A program made the translations under genes and the position numbers. This document shows, in pieces, positions 13,601 through 27,400 of a stretch of 64,000 nt of DNA; the stretch's first letter is position 1, and each line of letters begins with the position of its first letter. Where the stretch lies: NCBI GenBank assembly GCA_028023455.1, contig JAQFVV010000003.1, positions 30,008,001 through 30,072,000 of the forward strand, given 5' to 3'. The notes below the pieces were generated by a model. It was not told the DNA's origin. It saw nothing but the letters and a program-made list of their open reading frames with translations, and made no database searches. The stretch is from Epiperipatus broadwayi. Lineage: Eukaryota; Animalia; Onychophora.

Positions 13601-16600
13601 TCTGCCTGAAAAATATTTTACTCCTTATTTGGCATCTATTCTAAAAGTTAACAACTGCTTAAACCTTATTTCCTGAAACTGAGTATAAGAATTAAAATCT
13701 CTTATAAATATAGAAAGAATAGAAAAATCTCAAAGAGGAGGGTAGTTGTTATTAAGAATATGGATGGGCTACTCATATACATGTATTAATCAGTTTAATG
13801 GATTTTCTGGGCTTTTATGTCTGAATTTAAATAAAAAAAAGTACTACAATTTTTCTTTTCAACTTGAAATATTTCTTAAATAAAATATGGATGAGTTTTC
13901 TTGAAGGCAATATAAATGTGTAACTGATCTTTTTTAAATATTTACAATCATGACAGATAAAACTAAATTATAGTCCTAATTTCCTAGGAAACTATAAAGT
14001 CACCATCCAAGGCAACAATAATGATTAAGATAAAGGGAACTAAGATTACAAACTCTAAACATAGATCCAGGCTACTATGTAATATTTTTTTATTTAGTTA
14101 TCAATGACTGTAGATCACTTTCAAGTGAAAGAAGATGGTATAAATTGGAGTACAATTTAATATTAAATAGGACATTAAATTTTGTGAAATGAGAAATAAA
14201 GGATATTAGAAGCACCAATGAAATGAAATTCATTATAAACAAGAAGTGGAAGAATAATGTTGTGGAGATTGATGGTTTATGAGACAGTAATTATTCAATT
14301 TAATGGAAGATATCAAATGCGATAAATCATATTTATGTTCCAGCAAATTCTTATTGTGATGAAAAACTTGAGAATTCTTTATACAGATGGACAGAATACT
14401 TTTGATCACACAAACAATAGTTTAAAATTGTCAGGGTAGATTTTAATGCTAGAAATGGAAAATACTTGAAAACTAAAAGTACTGTGAATAAATTTGGTTA
14501 TGGTAACAGAAATGAGAAAGAATATGGACTAGTCAAATTTGCAGGAAAAAACAAAAAACCCTGAATATTACAAATTTTCTTTTTAAAAAAATGCTAAATG
14601 GAAATAGACATAAAAGTATTTAAATAAAGATACTACAAAATTGAATTATAATTGGATTATAGAAGATTGTAATATTCTTAATAAATTCAACATTGGAAGT
14701 GATCATTGATTAGTGAGATGTAAGATACATATGACTAGAAACAAAAGCTATTATGAAAGACAGTATTAAAAGTTGATGTCTAATTTGAGAAACAATTATT
14801 GAATTTAAATTAAAAATTGCAAATATTAAAAAATATTAATGGACTTCAAAGATGTGAATAAAATTAAAAGTTAACCGATTCACTGTTAAAAACTGAAACA
14901 AAGATGGCTGGTACAAAAAGGCTGCAATTTATCAGTAAATTTTAAACTGAAATAAGACAATGTATGAAGAAAAAAGGAATATATAAAACTATTTAAAAAT
15001 AATCTGTTAAGAAGCATTGAAAATCTGGGATTCTATAAAATGATATGACAAAGAATTAATGATGATCTAAAAAATATAATTGTGAGTTGGCAAGGAAAGC
15101 TGCAGAAAAGAATAAAAGTCTCAAAAGTATAAAACAACATCTTGATTTTAGAAGAAAAGTTATTTCAATAATAACAAGAAAAGATTGCTTATTATTATTA
15201 TTAGAGAGAGATTTAACATCATGAAATGTTTGGAAGAGTTCTAGTAAGAATAATATATAACAATCAAGAACAAGCAAACAAAGGAACTATTACATCTTTT
15301 GAATTTCAGGCATTTTAAATAAAGAGCTGAGACATGCAATTAAATCTATGAAGAAAGGAAAATCTCAAGGAAATGATAAAACTATTATTGACATCTTAAA
15401 AGATGTAGATGAAGAATTAAAAAACATGTTGGCAAAACTTTATACCAGATGTCTACATCAGTGATTCTTAACTACTGTGCCATAGCACTTTAGTGTGCCA
15501 CGAGATTCTTAAAGTGGGCCACCATACATAAGCGACGTAAGAAAAGTGTGCAATGTGCATGACTATTACAGCTTTAGCTACTGGCTTATAATACTATATA
15601 TTGTTTAGTCTACTAGTCGACAGATTAAAGTATGCATATGGCAATTTATATAATTGCATTCGCATGTGTAATATCACAATATTGTGTTGTCAAATGTAAT
15701 TAAAATGAATTCAGAGGTAATATCACAATATGCAGTTTTGAATAAATTTTTAACAAAACCATTTCTGTTTTAAAAGAACTTTCTAAAATGGATAAATGAA
15801 TAATCAAAAAAAAACTTAACGACAATAATGATGACGTTAATGATCAGGTTAACGAGTCCAAGCCCAGTACAAATAAAAATATTTCCTCTGGCAAAAAATG
15901 TAATGTTCATGGTAAATATCATTATGACTTCCTAAAATTTGGATTTACTTACACAACAGAAAATGATCAAATTATTCCCAAGTGTGTGGTATGTGATTGT
16001 AAATTAGCAAACAGTGCTATGGTTCCAAGCAAGCTCCAACGTCACTTGCTCACTACTCATCCTTCGCTTGCATTAAAAGACAAAAGCTGTTTTCAAAATT
16101 CATTATCCACAAGTACAGAACAAGTAAAGTTTATTGAAAAGCAATTTAATGTATCTGAAAAAGCTCATATAGCTTCTTATGAAGTGGCTGAATTAATTGC
16201 TCTTAAATTAAAACCACATAATTTAGCTGAAGAAATTATATTACCTGCTTGTCGTAAAATTGTAAAGAGAATAATCGGTGAATCAGCAGAAATTGATATT
16301 TGTAAAGTACCACTTTCAAATGACACAATTCATCGCAGAATTATAGATTGTCTCGGAATATTGAAGAAAATACTGCTAAAACTCTTGCAAATTTAAATTT
16401 TGCTCTACAAATCGATGAAACAACTGATATTACAGGAAAAGCTCACTTAATTGCATTCGTTCAATATTGTTGTGAATTATCTGATTTTACAACAGGAATA
16501 CATATTTTCGATGAAATTAATTCGTATTTACAAGAAATTGAAATTTCATGGGATTCATGCATTGGTATTTGCACAGATGGTGCTCCCACTATGACTGGAT

Positions 16601-19600
16601 CTATAAAAGGATTTGTAGCACATGTAAAAGAACATAATGCAGATATTGTAATTACCCATTGTTTTTTTGCATTGGGAAACACTGATTACAAAACAATTAT
16701 CATCAGAAATGAAAATAGTACTGGAGCAATATGTTAAAATGATTAATTATATAAAATCAAGACCATTAAAAAGTTGCCTATTGAGTCAAATATGGCAGGC
16801 TATGGATTTGAAATACAAATTGTTATAACTACATATGGAAGTTAGATGGTTGTCCAGAGGGAAAGTTTTATCTCATGTGCTTCAATTAAAAAACGAAATA
16901 AAGATATTTTTTGAACAAGATAATAATCAAGATTTCATTCATTTGTTGGATGACAAAATATGGTGTGTTAAGCTGGCTTGCTTATCTGATATTTTTGTTA
17001 TTTTTAATAACATAAATACAAGTATGCAAGGACCGAAAGAAAATATTTTAAACTCAACCAATAAATTGTTGGGATTTAAAAAAAAAAAAAAATTACTTTA
17101 TGAAAGAATAAAGCACAAGAAGGTAATTTAGAAAAGTTTGAATCAGTTACAAAAGACTTATAAAATAATTCATAAAATAGTTATTGATCATTTGGCAATA
17201 TTAGAGCAGAGGATTGTTTATTACTTTCCAAATTTAAAAATAGATAAATTTGATTGGATTCAAAATCTATTTGTAATAAACAATACCTCTATGTATGATT
17301 TAATTTTGGAAGAAGAGGAAGAACTAATTTCGGTTTGTAATAACCGAGATTTAAGTTCAAATCATTCACAAGAATCAATTAATTCATTCTGGATTAATCT
17401 TTTATATGATTATTCAACAATATCAAAAAAAGCTTTAAATGTATTATTACAATTTTCCACATCTTATTTGTGCGAATTTGGATTTTCGGTTTTGACAAAT
17501 ATTAAAACGAAAAAAAGATCCAGATTGTAAATCTGGATCACGAAATGTGAGTGGCGTTATCCTTTTTATACCCAAATATAAAAGAAATTATAAAAAACCA
17601 CCAAGCTCAACTTTCGCATCAAATGAAATATCTATCAATAAATAAATATTTTGTTAACTTTGTAATGGAATTTCATTTTATATTAAATTGAAAATTATTA
17701 TCCTATGACGTTTCTACAAAATATGTTATAGGTACATCAATCATTTAAACAAGTGAAATTCTTTTAAATTTATCTTATTGTTATGTTAGTGTGCCACAAC
17801 AAGAAAAAGATTGAGAATCACTGGTCTACATGATAAAAATATATCAGATATCGATGAATACAGTGATATTTAAGGAAGATGAAAAAGATATTACAATTTT
17901 ACAGACATATCAATCTTTTTATCAATTCTATACAAAATCTTGGTCAAGATAATTACAATTCATCTACAGCAAATTTTGGACTTAAACTAATCAAAAGGAG
18001 AAGCTGGATTTAAAATGTTTTTAGCACACTAGATTACATTTAAGTATCGATAAAAAATATAGAAAGGACGAGTACAAATTGCCATTAAGCTTTGGCCTTA
18101 TCGATTACAAAAAGGCATTTAATTTTATGAGTATTTCCACAGGGATTAAAGCTTTAGATTATCAAAATATAGACCCAGAATACTGCCATATTTTGAAGAA
18201 TATTTATCGAAATACAACAGCAGTGATTAAATTATATGATGACAGAATGATTCCATATTTTCCAAAATCTTTTACAACAGTTTTATGGGAAATATTTTAT
18301 GGATTAAAATAAGAAATTAAGGAATAAAAATAAATGCAGAATATTTAGTTGTTTTTTTTTTTGCAAATAATCTTCCAGAGTTTCAGGAAATGTTATAAAA
18401 GTTGTTAAACAAAAGCAAAAAAGTAGGATAAATATTAAATAGAGTAAAGTTCAATAATTTTTCATTGAACTAGAAAATAAAGATTGGCAATAATGAATTA
18501 AAAAAAGCTAAATAACTATAATATCTTAGTAATATTATTAATGTAAAAATAATGAATGAAATTAAGTATAAAATTAAACTTGAAGTGCTATGTGTTTGAA
18601 AAGAAAGGCCTTTTTAATAGATGTATTGTACCAGTTCTTACATATGGATCTGAGACTTGGGATCTCTTGAGAAAAGTAATATAGACATGAGAACACACAA
18701 TGAAAATACTGAAAGATGTATGTTTGCAATAACAAGGAGATTCTGAAATTAAAATAGATAGAACAAAGAAGTATTTCTGACCACATTGAAAAAACTATGA
18801 GGCTGAAATGAAGTTGAGTTAAACATTTTGCTAAAAATAAATAAATGGATAGTTAAATTCTTAAACTGGACTTCAAAAGACTGTGAAATACCTATAGAGA
18901 CATCATATGTTAAATGGATGGTGAAATGGCATGGGAAAGAGAAGATATGGATCAGTGAAACTGGATTAAACAAGCAGAAATTTTCATCCGACAGTGCAGT
19001 GTCAACAGTTGAAAATGATGGTAATAATGTTTTATGATTCTTTAAAGTTCGAAATGATATTACTAATGTTGATATAACTATATTATTCTGCACTGCTACT
19101 TTCTAATATAAGTATTAGTAAATAATACATTAAAATGCAAACAAAACAAACATAAGAAAAAGATTAACAATAGGCTCAATGACAACAAAAGAATGACACC
19201 TTTATTGGCAATAAAAGCTGCATCACAATATAATTATATTATTTGTTTAATACAGTAGAAGTGCATTGATACTCATGTGATCAACTCACGTTAACAATTA
19301 AGTTGATTGAGCTGCTTATCCAAAAAAACATTCTAGTCCAGCTTATGACCTGGTAAAAATTTCCAGGGTTTATTCAGTTTAGTTCAAACTCCAGGTTATG
19401 GACTGGCAAATGGAAAAGTGAGTCATTATATCATAAGATGATCAATCGAAAAAAAGCAAAATAAAATATAAGTATGAGAATAAAAAAGATTACGACCCAC
19501 TTTATAAATATTATAAGAGTACCGATTTCAATAAAGGCAAAAAATATAACTAAAAATTAAGTCAAGCTCAAAAACTTTATTGTAATTTAAAATATAATAT

Positions 19601-22600
19601 ATATTTAATTTATAAGCTAAATATAGTATTAATCCCTAGTTTTTTTAAAAACAAATAATTAAAAAAAACAAAACAATACTTAAAATTAAAAAAAAAACTA
19701 ACAAAATAGCAAAAATGCATCTATTTAAAAAAATTAAAATACTAGAAAGTATATTTTAACTTCCTTAAATATTAAAACTCAATTTTTCTTTTATAAAATA
19801 AATAAATAAAATTTCAATACTCGTCAAGTGTTGGTGGCCTAAGGGTTAGCATAGCTGCCTTCCAAGCAGCTGGCCCAGGTTCGCTTCCCGGTCAACACAC
19901 TTGACATATGAAAAAAAAAAAATTTTCAATATTCAATTATGCCATTGTATATATTAATATTTTTAGAAAGTAATAAAATCTCAAGCGCTCTCTATATTAA
20001 ATTTCATTAAACATGTTGCTCATGTCATTGTTCATATGACTCTATTTTGTCTATGGTCGGAATTATTTATTGGGCGAGGAAGTTGAGATAGTGATATATG
20101 TGAGATTCAACACTAATTTTATGAAGATGTTTCAATAGCTCAATTCACATGGGTCTTAACTAATATATATTTAAATTATAATTTGATAAAAAAAATGCCA
20201 GCATTTTTTAAAAGTGATAAAAGTTCTGATTGCTTGGTTTGGTTTTTAATATTCAATATAAATGATTTAAAATTTAAATAAAAAATTAATTTTCAAATGA
20301 AATTAATATATATCTCTACTATATTAATTAAATAATTGGTTAAAAGAAAGTTGAAAATATATCAACAATTTCTGATATCAATTAGAGAATAAGAGTAGAA
20401 CTACTATTTTGACATTTACTATAAGAGAATAGCAATAATAAAACAAGTACAAGAAACAACCAATGGAGATCAGAAATTACCAACTAATAATACTTGATTT
20501 CTAAATCTACCTTTAGGCAGAAATCTTAATATATGTAATGCCATTTTATAAAAAACAAAACAAAAAAAAAAGCTGGATATTGATAAAACTTTTTAAAATT
20601 TCAATCTTTTCCTCTCCTTCAGCTTTGAATTAGTTTTGGCTCCATAAAATTATATTTAAGCTAATCATAATGACATAACAGAATTTGAAGTGACTTTATT
20701 ACCAATACAAAAAAATGAAGATAGCATAAAAAGCAATCAATTGATATTATGATCAGTGATTTAAGATAAATTTCAAATATAAAAATGATAATGTAATTTT
20801 TATTAATAGACAGTAAAAAATAATAATTTATTTCGAATAATAACAATAGGAAAGCAACTATATATTTCAATAATTTTACTTAAACTAGGCAGATTGCCCT
20901 AGATTTATCACAATAACTGTTTGAAATTTTCAAGCCATTGGCTTAAATAACAGGTTGACATGATATGGTTGTAATAAAAATCATTGCCTCTTATCAGAAG
21001 ACAGATTAGCCAGGTATTAATCTAATTTTCCTATCATCTAGGATTCATTAATTTTACTCTCAGCATACTTTTCAGCTTCTAAAATGGAGAGAATTTAATA
21101 TTAAAGACATTGCCAACTTTTTATAGAATATTAGGAAGTCAGTCTTCTTTACATATTTTACGTGAATTGGAAATAATAGAAAGTATTAATGTCTTAGCCT
21201 CAAATTATTATTTTGTAACTTTTCAGTTTTATCTATTCATTTAGGTCATCAATACATTCTTTTTTTAGTTCCTCTATCTCATTCTTCACCAATTAATTTT
21301 GAAAATTGGAGTTTTTTGTATTTTTTATGTCTAGGAATGTGATTACAATAAGCCAATTTTCCTTTATATAAATTATGAATAAAATCAACTTTTTAAATGA
21401 GACAAGCATGATCTGAGCAATTAGATATGCAGCTAGTGAATTCATTTTATTTTCCTGTTTACCTTAAAATAGCAGTTGTCAACACTGTATTCCAGAGCCA
21501 TCTACTCTAAGCTAGGACATTAGATTACAGAACTATATTATATCCAAACTTCTTACTGACAAAGACCATAAGGGAAAATCAATTCCAGGAATATTAACAT
21601 AATTGTATTATTATATTGTATCAGTTTAGGTTCTGTTCCATTTAAAATAAAGCTGGTCTGACTTTACAACCTTTTCACCTACATACTGAAATAGGTACAT
21701 AAAAGAGAAAGAAAATCAACAAAAGTATCAATTTTTTAAAATCAAAGTCCCAAGCCATTTATTTCTTTCATTTTTCCTTCATACCAGCCAGAAACATTTT
21801 TTTTTTTTTTTTTAAAAATGTAATTAGTTAAAACTAATTTGTAATAATAAAGGTATCTGGATTAATTGCATGTAATCTTGAATAAAATTGCTAAAAAAAA
21901 ATTTGTGATACCAGTTTTTTTGTTTGTTTTCAAAGATAATTAAAAAAAAACTGTAATATCGTTGTAGTCAAAGACTTTTTGATTACTGCAACCAGTAAAA
22001 CCTCTATTTAACAACTTTCTGAAAAGTTAAACTCCATTAAAATGGCAATTTCAATTGTTTAAGAAGCAGCGAATTTGCAGACTATTAACCACAACTATTA
22101 TAGAAAACTAAAAAATAGCTGAAAATCTCACTATGCTAAGGTGAAATTTTTTTATTAATAAAGAAGTCGATTAAGTCTGGAACTATATAGCCTTCTATAG
22201 ACGTTAATTTCAAGAGGCATTCCAGCATTCACCAATGATTGATTAACTATAGAATCTGTTATCTTATACATAATTTTTGTCAGTCTATCCATGATGAACA
22301 CATAAACTAGTCATACCATCATTCTGCGTAAATGAAGAAGATAAAGACTCTGCACCTGGTTATCAATATCTACAAACAGCAGTGTTATTTTTCAAAAGAG
22401 TTCAAACCTATTCTTGTAATTGGGTAAAAGGTAAAATCAGAATCCTGATGGTGTGCTAAGATCAATTTTTATTTATAATAAAAGGCCTTTACAATATATA
22501 TATATAATAATAATTACAGCAAAATTAAAATATTAATTTTCTCTGAATAATTTTAATATTTTGTCCCCCTTAAATATGTATTCAATTTTTTTTTTCTTAA

Positions 22601-24420
22601 TAATGTAATTTTTTCCGACTGCTGGAGCAAATAGAAGTTATAATTAATTTATTCAATTATTATTTAATATTTACGAGAACTTGTACATGTCTTGTAAACA
22701 ATAACAAGTTTTAAAATTTTTCTTACATTGATATTGAATGATTATTTTTTGAGGGAAAAAGAGATTGGATTAATAAATATCAACCCTATTGATCAAAGAA
22801 TAGTCATAGATATCTAAATGAATTAATTGCTAGTGTTACATTTTCTCATTACCTAAATTGTAGTAAGTGTGAATAAATCTGTTAAACATATGATTACAAA
22901 TTAAAGACAGTCATCTGTGTTTTTCTTTATTCATTTATCAATTTATCACACACTCAATGCAATAAAGATAGTAAAATGAATATTACTTGAAGTAGAACAT
23001 TGTGTGTATTCTCCCTAAGTTCAAATTCTGGGATAAATGAAATTTAAGAATGGAGAAAAAGGATGAGTGTATGCAGAGGTATCTGGGATATGTTCATATG
23101 CAAGTATGTCATCTCCTCAGAATAAAATAAGGATGGTGATGAATCTAGAAGTTTAGAAACCCTAGACATGCTTTCTCATCCACTCTGATGGCTATCAAAT
23201 ATACCACTAAGGAAGACCAGGACCCATTCTGTTAGTCTGTTTATCAATTGATTTACATTTTTACCAATCATTATTTGTATTATTAAAGTTATAGTTGAAT
23301 AATAATATGATTATTTTACATTGATTCAAGCATATAAAAGCTCATAAGTTGAATTCAATCTAATTAAATGAATTTTCTCCAAGATGAATACATAACTGCA
23401 TATATGTATATATATAAAATTGTTGATTGTTATTGATATTGGGATTGTCTAAAAGTTGACTAGCTTTTAATAATATATATATATATCAGTGACGAAGCGT
23501 GACTTTTTTAGGAATGGAAGCACACTACATAATCTTTTTTAAATAATGTTTTTATTTTACTATTGCTACAACAATTTTTACATATTTTTCATTCATAGTT
23601 TAAAATTTCATATAAAATACAAATTAATATAAATAAAACAATATAATCATATCAAACAAAATCTGTTCTATTTTTATCTTTCAAATGCTTTTAACAATCT
23701 TAAGTTTAAACTTTAAATTACATTTTAGCATTATTTAAACATCTTATAATTGATAGTCAAACTGATTATTGTTTTATATAAAAACAGAGGAACTGTTGAT
23801 AAAAAAATTGAAAGTTAACAGAAATTCCATACTAAAAATAATGAGTCTGAATTATTCATTCTTCTTTTTTAAGTTTGGCAAAATAGTTTAGAAAAAAATC
23901 TGGAACTCTTATCTGTTAATCAGACCATGAATAGTTTAAGTATAGATAATGCATTATCAAGATATTTTTATCTTTCAAATTCTTTTAACATTCTTAAGTA
24001 TTAACTTTACATTACATTTTAGCATTGTTTGAACATCTTATAATCAACGAATAATGCAATGGTCAAATTCATTATTTGCCTTATATAAAAACAGTTCAAC
24101 TGTTGGTAAAAAATTTTAAGTTAATAGAAATTCCATACAAAAAAAAATGAGTTTGAATTGTTCATTCTTTTTTTTTAAATTGGCAAATAGTTTAGAGAAT
24201 TTTTTTTTTTATGTTTGACAAATTATGTTATATACAGTAATGTACTTATAGTTTTTACTATATTATTATATGTGCAACTTGTTAGATCGATTTTGTGAGG
24301 TTAAATATGTACATATTTTAGTGAATTGTTTTAATTGAATTTTAGTTAAAACTTTAACTTTTTAGTGAATTTTTCTACAGAAGCACTCATTCCATTAAAT
24401 ATATGAAGCCTTCATCCCTG

Positions 24421-24452
<32 letters not shown>

Positions 24453-27400
24453 CATCCCTAAGTATCACATAAGGAGTGTAAATACTGTAAATGTGCAAAT
24501 AATTTTTTTATTATATTCATATTATTTTAACGCTAGTTGTCCACTTCTCTCTTTCATTTCAAACATAGCTAAGTATAGCTATAATACATATCCTGTGAGG
24601 CATTGCCATGCTTTCTTTTCTAAGCTAATGGTGGATAAATGTAAGGATTAACACCTAAGAAGCATCTGATCTATAAATGTTTCTTATTTTAGAGACAGCA
24701 CACTAATCTGCAGTATGGAAAATATGTTATAAATAAATAATATCTATAGCAGTAAGGAATAGGCTCTTTCTGTACATGGACATATTTGATAGGAATGATG
24801 ATCAGGAAATATGACTACTTAATCAGTCTGAACATCATTAGTTAAAATATTCAGTCCAAAGATGGTCTATGTGGTTATTCGTAACACTCGTTAACCCCAG
24901 GGTTTAAGTCATCATACATTCTAATATAGAATTATATAAATCAATAAAAAAAAAAAAAGGAATAAAAACAGGACTGTTTCATTTGTCACTCTTAAATGTG
25001 AGATTTTGATAAATTTGTCTCAATAAAAGTTTGATGACTGCGATAAATGTTTTAAGATAGTATCCACTGATTATTAAAGCTTTCTATATTATCAACAATC
25101 ATAATGTTATCAATGAAAATGTCATCAATAATGTGAAGATCATGACACATATATCCTTTAGATGATTAACAAATATGAAAACATATTAGGAATGATCTCT
25201 ATACTATTTTCCTGATGTAAATAAATTTGGAGAAATGTTAGCTGCAATCATCATGCATAGTACATTTTTTATTCCTGCAGACAATGATCAGAACTGATAT
25301 CTCTTAAATTTATTTATATCTTATTCAAGGAATATTAACTTATTATATATTTAAATCAATGTTGGATTTCTTAATTAATGTTTTTTAATAATATGATTCT
25401 AACTTGATTAGTGTATAACTGCACTGAAATAATTTCATTTATAGAAAGTGATCATAAAGCTAACACATCAAGTCAGTCACAATTACAATATTAATATGAA
25501 CTGTACAGCTGTTATACTGTCTATTTAGGTGATTGTTGGTAGTGGTCTAAGGCAGTTGATCAAAGAAGTTATTATAATATTGCACAATATGTTAATTCTC
25601 TCATAAGATGTGATAAAAAACTATATTATGCATGATGATCGGAATTGACATCCTTTTAAATTTATTTATATCTAATTCAAAGTGTATTAACCTATGGCAA
25701 AAGTTAAAGTGGATATCTTGTAATATTTTATATGTTCTATAATACTTACTAAATATAAAGAAAATGAAGATTATAAAGAAAGAATCAGGAGTTGCCTTCA
25801 AGATTATTAATAGAAAGCATAGAAATAATATACAATTTTTAACTTCATAGACTAAACACTGGATATAGTCACAAATTAAAAACTTGGAAAACATTTTTAG
25901 ATTAAGAGAGATGTATTTAAAAACAAAAATCAGAATTATTTAACCTACAATGCTTTCTATGGGTGTGAAAGTTGAACATTGGAAATAAAGACTTTTGAGA
26001 ATTTCATAGTTAGAAATAAAAAAAGAATAAATTGATACCTAGAGCATAAATGATATGGTTGAATTTCTCATTTTCATCACAATAAGAGATCATTAAAAAA
26101 GAAGATGACCAGTAGTATGATTAATGAATACCATAATATAAATGTACTTTTAAATAGCTTGAAAATCAAATGGATGATAGATCATTCTAGGGAAATGATT
26201 TTCATGTAATTATCAATATTTTATGTTTACTTGGCAGCACATGATAATAATATTAACCTATAGTTCTGTAATTTCTATATCAATAATATTAAAAATCACA
26301 GCAGCTTAATTAATTAAAAATTTTCAATTTGCCAAATTAAAGACTAACTTTAGATTATACTCACAATTTTTAAATTAGAATTTATGCTCTTCTTTCCTAA
26401 TAATAGAAACATGCATAGAGCATTCGTTACTGACATAATACAGTAACTTCTACACATTTTATTTTTAAAGAATGACATTATTTTAGCTAATAATATGCTT
26501 GTATAAATTTCTTACATATATCCTCTATTACAATAATCATTTATAAAACAATGTAATTTACAAATGTCAATTTTAATTTTTCTATATGCTAATATATATC
26601 TTATGGATGTAAAGACCTGGACACCAAAAGAAATTTATAAGTAATCCATTAATAATTCATGCTTACATAGAGAGCTCTAAGTTAGAATAGATTTCTGTTG
26701 TCTGCAAATGTTAAATGAATCTAGGAAAATTACTCTTTTGCAATATACTATCTTTTTGCCAAAAGATCAAAAGTGTCTACTATTGTTAATCTATAATCAC
26801 AAATATATGGCTATGAAAGTGATTTGGCTTAGATTCAAAATCTTAAAATTCTTTATCGGAACAATATAAAAAAGGTAAAGGAAGTCGCTAAATGATTGTT
26901 TTAATCTAATGTTTAGCACTGATCTGGAAATTTGGTTGCTATTACCATCCGTTGTACACTGGTTTTTGCTGTTAATGCAGTTATTAATGTAAGTTACATG
27001 GATGAGACTTTATTAATTAAAAGAGTACTGTGCTGCATATAAACTAAGAGAATCAAGTGCCGCATTATTAATTAGGACAATTATTTGATACATTATTAAT
27101 TAGGAGGCTAATGTGATATTTTATTTATATACAGAGCTCATTAACATCTATGATGTAGTTACAATTCTAGAATAAATTTGTTAAGGGATAGAAAATCAAT
27201 AGCAAACTATAATTAATGATAAAATGATTAGTTAGAACACTTGATTGTAGGGTATAATAGGCCTTCTGAAAGCTCTTAACATACAAAATATAATCAAAAT
27301 AAATATGTACTTTGTTTATTTACATAAAAATCTTTTACATTACATAAAACATTAGATATTCTAACATATATACAATCACAGACAGTTTATATTTCTAATA

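Noticed and set aside
24421-24447. (TA)n and poly-A microsatellites here and elsewhere
   Set aside because: Ordinary for AT-rich introns
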